DNA of 64,000 nucleotides from Phoronis australis (lineage: Eukaryota; Animalia; Phoronida), in the NCBI GenBank assembly GCA_002633005.1, contig NMRA01000087.1, positions 749,393 through 813,392 on the forward strand. Direction: 5' to 3'. A program made the position numbers and the translations under genes. Positions 52,001 through 64,000 of this stretch are shown piece after piece (the first letter of the stretch is position 1; each line of letters opens with the position of its first letter). A model generated the notes under the pieces. That model made no database searches, was not told where the DNA came from, and was given only the letters and a program-made list of their open reading frames with translations.

Positions 52001-55000
52001 TGGATGATACCGTGAAAGAACCTCGTCCTACTTTGGAACCCAAGTATTTGGGCTCGAAATCATTAGCTTTTCCGAAGGATAATGTAGATCCTCAATTCGC
52101 CCCAAATCTCAATGTTGTCTGCAGCAACACGAACGCGACAGCGGTTTCTGTATGTAAACGTGGTAATGTCACTGTGCCGCCGCTGCCGAATTTTACCCAT
52201 CCAGAGTTTCCTACATCGCAGGACACTCAACAAGCCTCCCCACCAGTGTGTAGAAAGTTGAGACCCCTCCCTGGTCTGTCTCGTTTCTCTCCAGGCAGCT
52301 GCATCACAACAAACTTCGCTAATAAATTTGAATTTGAGGATTCTGACCCTAGTGACGATGAGCAGGAAGTCGATTCATTGGCAGCGGTTGCTAGGCAACC
52401 CATGGAACGTCCACAAGTGGATATTTCGGATAACGCACAAGAAAATTCTAATCCAGAAATATCTGACAGCGAAAAACTAGTGGTGCAAAACGACATTGTC
52501 AGTATTAGTTCAGAGGCTCGGCTATGTGAAGTGAACTGTTCAAACTCGGGAAACAAAGTTCTTTCTGGTCAGCTGCAAAACGACATACCTGTAGTTGTAG
52601 GCTCATTGGAGGCTGAGGGTAATGCCAAAGATCATATTAATGCGACAATCAATGAATCACCTGATGGCAAAGTGGTTGGTGAAAGTAGTTCTAATGCTGG
52701 CAGAGCAAGTGAGGCTGTGGTAACAACAGTGGTAACTGGTGATCAAAGTAAGGGTGTTGTTAGCAGTGATGGAGTCGAAAGGCAAGACAACAATCCTCTG
52801 ACATCTGCCAAAGATACCTCAACGAGTGAAAAAGAGCCGCTTAGTTCAGAGACGAATGTTGCAAGTTGTGAGGATGTTTCCACTGTTGGCAACCAAGAGA
52901 ACAGTCCTACTCGTTTGTTGGGCTCTGAAGAGCAAATGAGGTCAGACAAGTTCGAAGAAGATCAGAATGTTAATGTGGAGGTACCTTTGACTACGAGTGT
53001 GTCACCTGGCAAAGATCAACACGTGCCAGAGGTGAATAATTCTAGCACAACACGTGAAGATGACGTGTTTGAGTTCAAAGGTGATACTGATAGCGATACA
53101 CAAGATGGGAAACCAGTCGTGGCAAATGACATCGGCGGGATACGGCTGGGACTCGACGGACGCGATGTCAATGGGCAAGCCACCAACTGTCAGGGAGTCG
53201 GTGGGTTGGGATCCAACGAGCACATGGACGTGCTGGTAAATGGCGTCGCGATCAAGAAGGAGCTGATGGAGGGTAGCAATGGTGGCACGTCCGCCAAGCT
53301 GGAGGAGGTGGAGAACTGTAGCCTGGAGCTGTTGGAACGGCTGAGGAGTAACTCTCGTATAACCATACCTGAATGTCCATGTTTGGGACCTAATGGTGAG
53401 TGAGAGATGCTAACAAGAGCTGTCGGCGTGTGAGTTGTGGCAGACGTAATCGGTTTATTTGTTAGACATTCAGTCTCATTGGTTCTTATTGAGACATCCC
53501 GTGCATAAACAACAGAGCCTGTTTCACTAAATTGTCGTAACTTCCTAAAGTTTCATTTACACATAGTCTAAACAATAACTTGTGCCAAAACCTGCAGCTG
53601 GTCACAAATTTCTGTTTAGACTCTGTAAAAACATTGTGAAGTTACGCCTTATTGGTAGTGAAACACGCTCCTGTTGTAAAAACACATTAAGAAGCTTCAC
53701 GGTCTGTTTTTACAGATTTACTAAGTTTTCTCTACTTAAAGATGATAAATTAATATCAAGCACTGGTGAGTCATAAATGGCCAACTTCTAAGTATGGTAA
53801 AATAAGAACGAAGTGGTTTATTACTCGAAATACAACATCCATGACCTCCATTCTGACCATGGTATAGGCGTGGAAAACATACAAGTGTTGACTTGGCTTA
53901 TTTCCTATCTTAGTTTTAGTGACGATAGTAAAATTAAAGTAAAATATTATACATTTGCCATGGTATGAAAGGAGATGTCCCAAGATAATAGTTGTGGTAC
54001 CTGAACTGCACCCAGTATAACTTTAAGTAGAATTTCAGTGTCGTTCTGGGTTTTAAAGACTTAATCCTCGTAAATCCCAGTAGATCTCAACAGGAAATTG
54101 TAGTTGGCAAACCTAAAATGGCTGAAGGTCTTGGATGGAGGGAAAATAACTTATTCTAATGTGGAAGTTGAACTCGCACTCTTAACTCAAATGAACATTG
54201 CTTAATCCTTTGACCTAGTCCTTTGACCATGAAATTATGAAAAAATGGTTGTGTTTACCGTAACTGCACCAAATAAATGACTGTAAAGTGTTTGCTGTAA
54301 ATGTAGACCAGTCTAGCTGTTTAATTCTGTTGTTTCGTTTGGTTTTAGTGAAACCCGATGAGGATCTAGAAGGACCGTACTACACACATTTAGGCGCAGC
54401 ACAGACAGTTGCTGGAATACGCCAACTTTTGGAAAAAAGGTGCGTAGTTTTTACATATAAACCTGCCTCCATCAACCATTAACAAACTTTCAGTAGGTTT
54501 ACACCAATTGCCACTTTGAAATTTTCTCTAGCTTTGCATAGCCGACCAGAAATTATGAATTCTTGTTAAATCTGTAAAATGCAATCTAGAACAATTGGTT
54601 TACGTCATGGTTTGTGGTGGAACTTTTGTTTTGGTTCTTAAGTACACTGAGTTTTCGATTACCTTTGATTATGCTATGAACGAAGTGAAGTTCATTAATT
54701 GCTTCAATGGGGAATGTTCTCTGCTGCTAACTTGACTTGTTTGAGTTTAAACTTTGTGACTTTAGCTTTACCCAGTAGGTACTTTCACAATAAGGAAAAA
54801 CTAACAAATATCTGTGATCGTAGTTAAAACTCTTCAGAATAAGAAACATGGCGGATAAGTGGACTTACATGTGCCATATTTACTCATTATGAACAATAAT
54901 TTGTTCAGTGTATATGTCGCCAATCAACATATAGTTAAATGTAAAGTGTTTACAGCAACGTAGTAATTCTTTGAAAAATACAAAAAAAGTCACCGTAACA

Positions 55001-58000
55001 ATTATTTTGTCCCAGATTACGGAATAGTGCATATGACTTGTGTAATCAAATTTTATCCCTCTGGTGCAGGACTGACTTGTCTGGGAAAGCGATTCGCATT
55101 GAGAAGGCCATTTTCACTGGAAAAGAGGGTAAAAGCAATTTGGGCTGCCCTGTGGCTAAATGGGTGAGTGGGCTTTCGTTGGACTCCTTGCCCTATGGAT
55201 TGCAATATTGTTGAGCCCATTTGATAGAAAAAAATGTGCCCACTAGTATCACTTCAGGTACCCAAACATTGTTTCAGTATTGAATCGGGTCACGGAGCCT
55301 TGCCTCAATGCCTACCAGTTGTTATTACTCACTGTTTATTTCTTGCCATGATTTGGCTTTAGAACTGGGCCAATTACCACATTCGTTGGATGCATTTCAT
55401 TTTGTCCCTTTTCAAGCCGACAACAGTTTGTATATCAGTGAAGAACAGAATGATTTCATCAATAATGAATAAGATGTTGAAACCATTTTTGCTCTGACTT
55501 AAAGAAAATATACCTATCACAGGGAACATATTTTTGACAATTCCCGCCTATCACATAAAGGCATTGCACACTGAACGTAAAATGAAAAATGTATTCAATT
55601 GAACAAATATCGTTACTTTGTATTCCTTGTGTAATGGCAGTGTTGGGGGAGAACGGGTCTAGTTCGACCTCGGGCAATCATAGCAGACTTCACACGTTTC
55701 TGTTTTTGTTTCTCATAAAATTCAGTAGCTTTCACAAAAAATTTTACATGCCTATGTAGGTTGAGCAACATGCTTCAATGGAATATGCTATTTTTATATT
55801 TTTGAACCCTAAAAGGAGATCTCATACGATATTTTTTGCAACCATGTTAAGGGGCTAGTCCGCATTTTTAGTAAAGGCTCGTTTGGCCCATAGTTGAGCA
55901 CACACTATTCCATAGGAAAATTTTATTGTTATTTTTGGTGTTTCAAAGACTACAGTGATACTATTAAGTTCAATTGCTCATGTTAAAAGTGAAATTCTTG
56001 AAGATTTCAGTATATTGTTGTTTACGGGAGTAAATGCAAGTACATGTGCTATGTGTATGCACAAATACACCATTCACTTATCTTTTTTGTTCAAATTCTA
56101 CGTTGTCCTGTAAAATCCAGTCATTACAAGTTATTAAAAGTATAGTGCGTGAAACTACAACTCAAAGTTCGGATATCTGTATGTCTTTTAATCCAGGGGT
56201 TGGGCAGAAAAGTTCGGACTTACGCACCTGATCACTTTGATTCCAAACTGCACTGTTGTAATTGTAATGATTGCTTATCCCTAAAAGATTCCCTGAAATT
56301 TCCTAACTTTTCAAACAGTTTTAAAAAATGAAGCTGTGAAATTTCTATTTTTCGAAAATGATGCCAAACTAGCCTTGGTCTCCCCTGTGACACTGTACCC
56401 TGTTTAACTTTAAGTTACGGTTGAAAAAAGTTATTGCTGTTAACAATTACCGAAGTCTAAATTGCATTCAGATTGTAATGTCTTGTTTAGTCTTTGTATG
56501 TATATTTGTGTTTAGTTGCAAATTGAACAGCTGTTGATCTTCTCAGGTCATTCGTCGGTCTGGTCCTGAAGAGAAACTGCTATGTATCGTGCGCGAGCGT
56601 CGAGGCCATAGTTGTGAGACGGCAGTCATCATCATCTGTATGGTGGCTTGGGAAGGCGTGCCGCAAAAGACGGCGGACCATCTGTACGAATATCTGATCT
56701 CTCAGCTACCAACAAAAGCATTTGAGACAGAGAGACGTTGCGGATACAACGAACCGTGAGTGTCACTAATAGTAGTAAGATGTACTTCGCCTGTTTAGTA
56801 CACAATATGGTTGACGAGCGTAAATTTATTTTGCCAAATTTCTCAACAAAGGATTTATTTAAAAAATTTAATCTAGCGCTGACTTGGTGTAGATGTCCCC
56901 AACAACTTTTGACAAAGTTTCTATTTTTTGTAAGAAGGTAATCGGTCTTTCAGAAATACAAAAACAATTTTGGCAATTATTTTTTGCTAAATAATTGAAA
57001 AGTTACCATATGTAAATGAGATTAAAATGAACATCAGTATGAGTAATGTAACATGAAGAAAGAGTGGCACAATGCAAATGGAGGGGTGGGTCCATTATCA
57101 TGACGGGGGGGGGGGGGGCNGGGGGGCGCTGTATGTGGTCCTCTATTACAGCTGTTGAATAATGTCCAAGTCTAGGGTTTCAGACATTCTGGACCACTAA
57201 TGGATATTAAAATTTCATCAACATGGCTTCTGGTGAAAATACTGTTGTGGGTACGATCCAACACAAAACTGAGGGAAAACGTGTGATGCAATATCTGTCA
57301 GAGTAATATGTTTTTGAACAATGTTACTGTTGTTTCATAAAGTACGCGGGAGATTTATTATTTAATTTCTGGACGTGTCATGTACCATGGCATTGTAATA
57401 GTTATGTTTAAAGATAATGATGTTTGTTGATATTCCTTTCTGTTAACTTCTGCATACTTGCATTTGGTAGTAAAACCTGTGCCTGTCAAGGCTGGGACGA
57501 GACAAGGCGTGGCGCTTCGTTTTCTTTCGGCTGTTCATGGAGCATGTACTATAATGGATGCAAGTACGCCCGTAGTAGAACTGTACGCAAGTTCAAGCTC
57601 AAGGACACATCAGAGGTATCTTTTGTTTTTAGCTATATAAATTTTGTTGCTGCTTACAATTCTGCTGCTGAGTCTTGTGTCTTGTATGCTATTGACTAAA
57701 TCTTGTGTGCTATTGGTTAAATAACCCCTATGATTCTGTGTTTTTTACCCACAATCCCGTTTTTTGTTGGGGCATTTTTCCTGTTTCAACATATTGCAAA
57801 AGTCTGTTGATATTCATCATTCTAATGCTAGTAAAGTTTTATTGTTACACCGGGATTTGCAGTGTTGATACCAAACAGTTAAAAAGCTGGCTGGAGCAAC
57901 ACTTTTGTTTTGTTGTTATAACACTCTTTTGTTGTTATAGTCTCAGCTTAGAAATATTAAGCTGACCAACCTTTTGAAACTAGGTCAACCACACAATGCG

Positions 58001-61000
58001 TTTTCTACCTCTGTTTCTTTATTTAAATAAGCACAGTCCTAGAAATCGCTTTCGCTTTATATCCAGGTTCTCATTCATTCCATTGCATACATTCACGAGT
58101 AAGACTGAGCTTAGAGGAGTAGGGGACACCTTTGTGCAATGCTCGATTGTCTGCCAGTAAGACCAAGATTCAAACCTGTGTCTCCCAAACGGATGTCCGG
58201 AGCTTAAACCACTGAGTCACACAGTCTCCTTTACCTCTGTGAGAGAGGAGTGTTAGATTATTCAACAAAATTATTAGTGGCACTGGCTGCAGTCTCTGTC
58301 CCAATGCCTTAACAATTGTTGTACGACCACCTTTAGGTAAATGTGGACCTGCCTGAAGACCTTTCATGTCTTAGAGGATATTAACTTTTTGACTGTCTTT
58401 AGATGAAAAATGACACTAGTAAAATATACAACCTCAAGTAACAGAGAGTGCCCTTTCTATTTATAGTATCATCATTTGCGTCGATATCAGCCATCCCAGT
58501 CCCATTGTAAAACAATACCTCCAGTCCTTATTTTTCACAGCCGATATCTCCGTTATTGGAGTGCAAATTAAGAAAATCTGAGATGAATTCTCTAAGCTAC
58601 AGACCATAAAATAAGTGAAAATTATCTTGCGAATCTACCTACTCTCTAAAGAGAAATGAATGTTTATACCTGCTGAAGGCGTCAAAATCAAAACCAACTG
58701 AATTCGTCCCAAGTAATTCATGTATGCGCCATATAACACATTTTAAGAAATGTTATGGATATTAATAAGAAATTATTTGTAATAATAATTATAAAATTTT
58801 ATATGATATTTGAATGTTGTGTTCTTGAAAAAATCCACATAGGTTACTTTAAAGGGGTTAACAAACATTTATGGTGTTGTCTTTTCTTAACTTGGATACA
58901 AATCCCTTATTATCTTGGAGAAACGGAAATTACTGTTCTCCTGGCCATTAGAAATGTGAGGGCAACATGCCCACATCTTAGTGCATCTGCACTCCCTCAC
59001 ATTTATCGATTGTTATGACCGCATTCATTTGTGAGTCAATTATTGTCTTTTAACTACGGAAGTGAATGATTACACAACAATCCTTTTGCTTGGTACTTTA
59101 CGTCACCTTTGTATTGTTGCCAGGTGACAAGGAACAGTAATTAATGCTGAAAATGTATCTCCAAGATGACCAGAGACTTTTAGTAAAAATGACTGCAAAA
59201 ACATGTTTTCCCCTTTAAGGGCCATGTAGGATCCTATAAAATGCCCAAATTTGTCTAACTTTGGTACACATCTCAGGAATGGCTTATTATGAAATTTTCA
59301 GGTACTCTGCGTTTTTGAGGTTTTGTCTTGAAAATTTATATCAAAGAAAATTCGGTCATGTTATGGATACTGTGGTCTTTGTGTGGTTGTTTGTACCTGT
59401 TTTTTGACGAATTTTTCTGGAGATCACGTGATCCAATCCACTTCTGATTGGTATAAAGCCAAAATCAAATGCTGCAGGCTTTCCACTTCCAGAAAATATA
59501 TCCATTTCTTGAGTTAAATTCCGTAGCTTAGCAGATTTTTGACTGAATGCACAGACTTGTCTTACTTAAACTCAGAAATTCCTGTTTGATATCGAAGATA
59601 AGTATAGTGGTTTGTGATGAAAACAATAGCAGTAGTGTACCCATTTTCGATATCTTTTCACATCATTTCGTACTTCCATATGAATTCTGTGGTGTCTCTA
59701 GAAAAGCCTACTAAATGTATTAAAACATGTTTTCCTGGACTTTAAAATGGTGTCTCCAAAGAGGAAATCGGTCAAGAGACTAAAATTTTACAAGTGATAG
59801 AAGACCACTCACTTGGTTTATGAAAGTGTGTACCACAATCGACACCCAATAACTCAACGTTTCCAAAAGCAAGTCTTTAGAAGTCACGATTTCCTGACAA
59901 ATAGTAATTTAGTTAAACATGATGATGCATGCAGTGCAAGCTGTTTGCGTCTGAGATTTGAACAAAATTCATTATAACAGGTAAGAGCGTTTAATATTTG
60001 TTTATTCAACAAAAATCGTGAGGGTGTCGATCATGGTTATACTGTCGAATGTGAGTGCACTAATGAGAGCGGTTTTCTGCAATTTTTCAGTGGGCTGTCT
60101 AAAAGGGAACTTACTCTCTGCGTCTTGTCCTGTGTTGATAACTCAGTTTGTCAAAATTACCGTCACTTGATAATCGAACATGTCATTCGTCTAATACTAG
60201 GTTTATTGTTGGTCTTTCTACCTGCTCAGTGCTTAGGTTGGAATAGTCTTCCTTGGGAATCCCGTACCTTGTGGTCATTAACCTGAAGCAGAAGTGATGA
60301 ACCGTGTTTGAAATTGTTTTTAAATCCAGGAAAGTAAACAATTGATTTATTCTATGTATGACTGTGCTCGTTGCAGGAACAGACCCTGGAGGAAAAACTT
60401 CAAGCCTTGGCCACGTACATTTCACCCTTGTATTCAAAAATTGCGCCGGACTCCTATGGGAACCAGGTAAGCATGCCTGTTGCTCACAATATCTTATGGG
60501 TTACGTCTTCATCCTATTCTCCAAGCAGATGCAAGAGATAAGATGTTTTCAAATGGGTGAAAATGTAAAGTGTTATTCTGGTGTTTTGACTGAGCAACAG
60601 GTTACATTTCTTGCATTACAACCAGTGTTTTGGGCCAAATGGTCAGCAGAAGGGTTATGTTAAGCATATTTACATCATACAAACAAACATTGCACTGGGA
60701 ATTGCCCGCATTGATACGATTGATGTTACATCTTGCAGGTGCGGTTTGAAAAGAATGCGCTAGAGTGTAGGCTCGGCAATAAGCCCGGTCGTCCATTCTG
60801 TGGAGTGACTGGCTGTTTTGACTTCTGTGCCCACAGCCATCGCGACGTTCATAATATGAATAATGGGTGCACTGTAGTAAGTATTGTGTTGTCAGTGTTA
60901 AACACGGTCATTATAGTAAGTACTGTGCTTAAGTCTTTTTCTTGAAATATCTACGTAACTAGCGACTGTCAATTCATAAAACTAGGAAACAAGACAAGTC

Positions 61001-62253
61001 TTTTTATGCCATTCACAGCACTGTGCCATTCTCGTGGTCACGTGACCGTTCGTTTTAGGCAAAAATGTTTTGAAAGGTACATTGATAACATAGAAAGTTC
61101 TTACACCAGCATTTACCAAATTTTCTATGTTAAAACTCCGGTAAATATGCTCGAAAACCGTGTCTGGGATTTTGCTTTGTTAGTGTCAATATTGGTAATG
61201 TTTTTTGTTCTTCAAATATGGGTACACGTAACCTTAAGCAAGATACGGTCATCGAAGCCTTAAGTGATAGGAATGATTATTTTTTCCATTTCAGCTGGTT
61301 ACACTGAATAAACATCGTCAATTTGAGAAGCCCGAGGATGAGCAGTTACACGTGCTACCCCTCTACAAGTTATCATCAACGGATGAGCTGGGCAGTGTTG
61401 ATGGTCAGTCTGAAAAGATTCAAAGTGGTGCCCTAGAAGTCCTGGAACAGTTTCCCACTCGGATGCGGGTGCGTGCTACGGCAGTGACTCCCAAAAAGAA
61501 AAAAGGGAAAACTTCTGGAAAGAAAGGATCGCCGGGTCGGGGGAAAAGTCCAAAGTTTGGAAATTTAGCTAGCCCCAGCCTCTTGAGGAGTCCTGGTGGT
61601 TTTACTTCTGATTCAGATGGCACTCCAATCAAGCCGGAGCGCATAGAAGATTTTGCCCGTATGAGAATGATGGGTCTACTCAGTCCAGGGGCACAAGTGA
61701 AGGGGTCTTTCGGACATGGAACAAGGATGGTATCTCCTGAGAGTCCGGGAGCCCGAACAAGGCTTCCGTTTGATAGGATGAGCCATCCCAGCTGGGCCCA
61801 GAGGACACCGGCCTCTAATCAGTTGCACATGATGGCTAGCATGAAGTCACCACCACATTCAGAGAGACTGCAGGACAACCATCACATTTCTGCCGAAGCA
61901 AGTTTCAAGATTAATCCTGCCAAAAATAACTGTGGTGAGAATGTGACACACTGTAAGCCATCCAGTGATGTAATTGAGCAGTCTCATCACAACCCTAGAA
62001 TGCCATTTGGTCATAATAACCATCGCCCTCCAAGTAGTCCTCATCAGCCCTTCCATCCAGCCACCGAACAGAGACCTACTAACCCATCAGGAAGGTTCCC
62101 GTTTAGTCCAGTTGACACGCTTTCTCCTGGTCAGTCTGTTGTTGACTTTTCCATGAAGCCATCGCCAGTGTATCAGCCCAGCAGAATGACACTTGGTTCT
62201 GTTGAGAGACAGTCACCACTGAACCACCAAAAGCCATTATATCCACTGCAGCT

Positions 62254-62345
<92 letters not shown>

Positions 62346-64000
62346 CTATAAACAAACCATTTTCTGTCGACAACCAGGCTTGCTCTGCCCAGCCACCTCG
62401 TGAGCTTCTTCCAACTAGGAATTTTGGGCAGTCACCATTATTTCATCCGGGATGGAAGCATTTTGGCCATACAGAGCGCCATTCACCTTCACACAGTGGA
62501 GATCATTTTGGTACTGCCAAGAAACTCTCAACGGCTGTTGGTGCTCAGAGAATGCCATTTCATCAACCAGAACGTCCTCTCAATCATCATTCTCCTGGTG
62601 TGTCCATGAACACTGGCAGCAGCCTCAGCAGTGAAGCACTCCCACCGTTTGCAGAACGTCCACCGAGCATAGACAGTATTCCAGGTGTAGGGCAAGCTCA
62701 AAGACATCATTCTCCGACTTTGCCGTCACCTGCTGTAGATCATCCGCGTCAGAGATTACCATTGCCTTCTTTTCAGCCCAACAGAGACCAGTTCAATCCA
62801 GGAAGAATGCCTTTCAACTCCTTTGGCTCATATGTCAATCCAATTGGTGGGCAGGCTTTGGAACAGCAAAGACCACGATTACCATTCAATCCAGCTGAAA
62901 GGCGGTCAGTATCTGGTCATCTTCCTGGTGGAGCGCCAATCCACCAGCAAGGGCAGCATGAACAGAGGATGCCATTCAGTGCCAGTGAAAGACGAACGGC
63001 TTCTGGACATTTACCTGGTGGAGCCCCCATCCGTGAACAAGACAGCTTGTCCCAAGGTCAGATGCTTTTTAATACTGCTGAAAAAAGGTCAAGCTCAGGA
63101 CATCTACCTGGTGGATTGCCCGTTAGCCAAACTGATAGACAATCACCAGTGCTACCGAGAATACCATGCAATCCAGCTGAAAGGAACTCTCCTTATGGCA
63201 ATCTTGAAAGACCATCTCCCATGTTCTTCGCGAAAGCTGAACAGCAAGGCAAGTCTGGTTCACTACCTCCACAACAAGTGCCATTTCATCCAATTACTTC
63301 TCAAGGATCTCAGAATTTTGCCAACAATGGTCACCAGCCGAATGGCATGTGGAGACCACCAACTTACCAGAGCATTTTTGGCAAGGGAGGGGTGCCCAGC
63401 TCTAAACCAGCAGCCCTGGGTAGCAGTAGAAGTGCGGAGGCAATTGAGGCAGAGTACGCGTGGAAGCTACCACCTCCACGCAATGACTTGTCAAAGCTCG
63501 AACAGTTTGTGAATTTCAATACACCTCAGGAGAATGACTTCAAGAAGCCTCTCCAGCCTGAATTATCTGTGATAAAAAGTGAGCCGTTCGAGGCTTGCAT
63601 CAGGCGAGACGAACTCTTTCAGAAACAAGGTAACAACAGTAGCAGCTGCAGCAGCAGCAGCAATACTCCAGACATATCTGGTCATCAGATACCTACTCAG
63701 GTAGAGTTGCATTCCACTACTGATAAACCTCCAAGTGCACCAGTTTCTGTGAGGGGTCCAATGGAAACAAAGCCTCATTTGCCGGTCATTTCATTACATG
63801 AACCAAGGCTGGGTTTAAATGTGTCGAACTATCATCAAGACCAGGCACACGAATTCTTGAAGCCGGCTATTCCACCAAGAACTAGCTCTACTAATCTGGA
63901 TACTCACTTTGCCATGTCCCCTCAGCAGCCCTCTTTTGGACTGGACCAGAATGCAATGCACGTAGCACATCCGCAGCATCAGCTAGTTGACAACACGAAG
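32683..64000 (+). CDS. TET: TET methylcytosine dioxygenase with CXXC domain, 3'-partial; exons 32683-34071, 37699-37725, 51820-53395, 54349-54439, 55070-55163, 56547-56755, 57471-57615, 60377-60466, 60739-60876, 61295->64000
   Basis: Phase-consistent join (2155 codons in window); CXXC finger; [76 protein letters not shown] motifs. Confidence 0.96.
32812..32994 (+). repeat. CAG/CAA coding polyQ/H tract, includes pure (CAG)16 at 32947-32994
   Basis: Direct reading. Confidence 0.95.
36134..36469. mobile_element. Fold-back MITE with ~90-bp imperfect TIRs
   Basis: gctagtaatagactaaattt...tttctcttgtcagccatattgtgtgctaaata is the inverse of tatttatcacatagtatggctgacatgagaaa...aattttagtcaattgctagc. 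Confidence 0.7.
37699..37725 (+). CDS. TET: TET 27-nt microexon (ITESQQEKQ)
   Basis: tgttgtttgtttcag acceptor, CAG|gtaatg donor, phase 0/0 matching both neighbouring exons. Confidence 0.6.
43577..43646. repeat. 24-bp tandem repeat x3 (aatgtgtctttcttggactgaccg)
   Basis: Units start at 43577, 43601, 43625. Confidence 0.85.
44419..44538. repeat. 14-bp minisatellite gggc(a/g)cctaggaaa x8.5
   Basis: Direct reading. Confidence 0.95.
48213..50976 (+). mobile_element. Putative 2.76-kb composite non-autonomous TIR element related to MITE family A
   Basis: Ends caggtccatagcaag / ctggctacgggcctg; flanks aaata / aaatg; subterminal aaggtccac..aaattc block shared with family A. Confidence 0.45.
49062..49299 (+). 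mobile_element. MITE with CAG..CTG termini and exact 5-bp TSD, nested in the 48213-50976 element
   Basis: TIRs cagaggcgggtct / agatctgacactg; CCAAG at 49057-49061 and 49300-49304. Confidence 0.7.
51820..53395 (+). CDS. TET: TET large disordered exon ending at start of Cys-rich region (IPECPCL)
   Basis: ttttgcag acceptor, 1576 nt open, g|gtgagt donor. Confidence 0.9.
54349..54439 (+). CDS. TET: TET exon ([23 protein letters not shown])
   Basis: 91 nt, AG/GT-bounded, conserved motif. Confidence 0.95.
55070..55163 (+). CDS. TET: TET exon ([25 protein letters not shown])
   Basis: 94 nt, AG/GT-bounded, conserved motif. Confidence 0.95.
56547..56755 (+). CDS. TET: TET exon ([23 protein letters not shown]...RRCGYNE)
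   Basis: 209 nt, AG/GT-bounded, conserved motif. Confidence 0.95.
57471..57615 (+). CDS. TET: TET exon (TCACQG...[22 protein letters not shown])
   Basis: 145 nt, AG/GT-bounded, conserved motif. Confidence 0.95.
60377..60466 (+). CDS. TET: TET exon ([30 protein letters not shown])
   Basis: 90 nt, AG/GT-bounded. Confidence 0.93.
60739..60876 (+). CDS. TET: TET catalytic exon with Fe(II)-binding HxD (HRD at 60838-60846)
   Basis: 138 nt; [37 protein letters not shown]. Confidence 0.97.
61295..64000 (+). CDS. TET: TET DSBH continuation plus long low-complexity insert, open to window end
   Basis: tttcag acceptor; LVTLNK...[14 protein letters not shown]...GALEVL; no stop found in frame, which explains its absence from the ORF track; distal His ligand not seen in the window. 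Confidence 0.9.
62255..62341 (+). repeat. Pure (CAG)29 coding polyQ
   Basis: Direct reading, in frame with TET. Confidence 0.95.

Noticed and set aside
57105-57126. G-quadruplex-like poly-G
   Set aside because: Interrupted by an N at 57120; length is unreliable at a contig join
62173-63512. Poly-Cys ORF (62173..62373 -) and 229-aa ORF (62823..63512 +)
   Set aside because: Shadow frames of the long TET exon and its CAG repeat

Overview
Eukaryotic (invertebrate animal, AT-rich draft assembly with N gaps) genomic DNA with three + strand intron-containing genes. First is the 3' end of a long coiled-coil protein ending in a CAAX-type CTTQ* (CENP-E-like, 452-9148). Second is a complete 5-exon histone H2A.Z gene (15030-18605). 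Third is most of a TET methylcytosine dioxygenase gene (32683->64000) with N-terminal polyQ, a CXXC finger, a 27-nt microexon and catalytic exons containing HRD; it runs off the window. An internally deleted Kolobok-type DNA transposon (725-2666; 147-bp TIRs, TTAA TSD, THAP-transposase plus a convergent P2X7-ballast-like ORF) sits in an intron of the first gene. Several MITE families, minisatellites and a probable ~0.94-kb assembly duplication fill the rest. Main points of interest: the CENP-E/H2A.Z/TET cluster mirrors human 4q23-24 with CXXC still fused to TET; the CXXC DNA-reading loop is atypical; and a group of CA..TG MITEs has 5-bp TSDs. All calls come from manual reading; no database searches were run.
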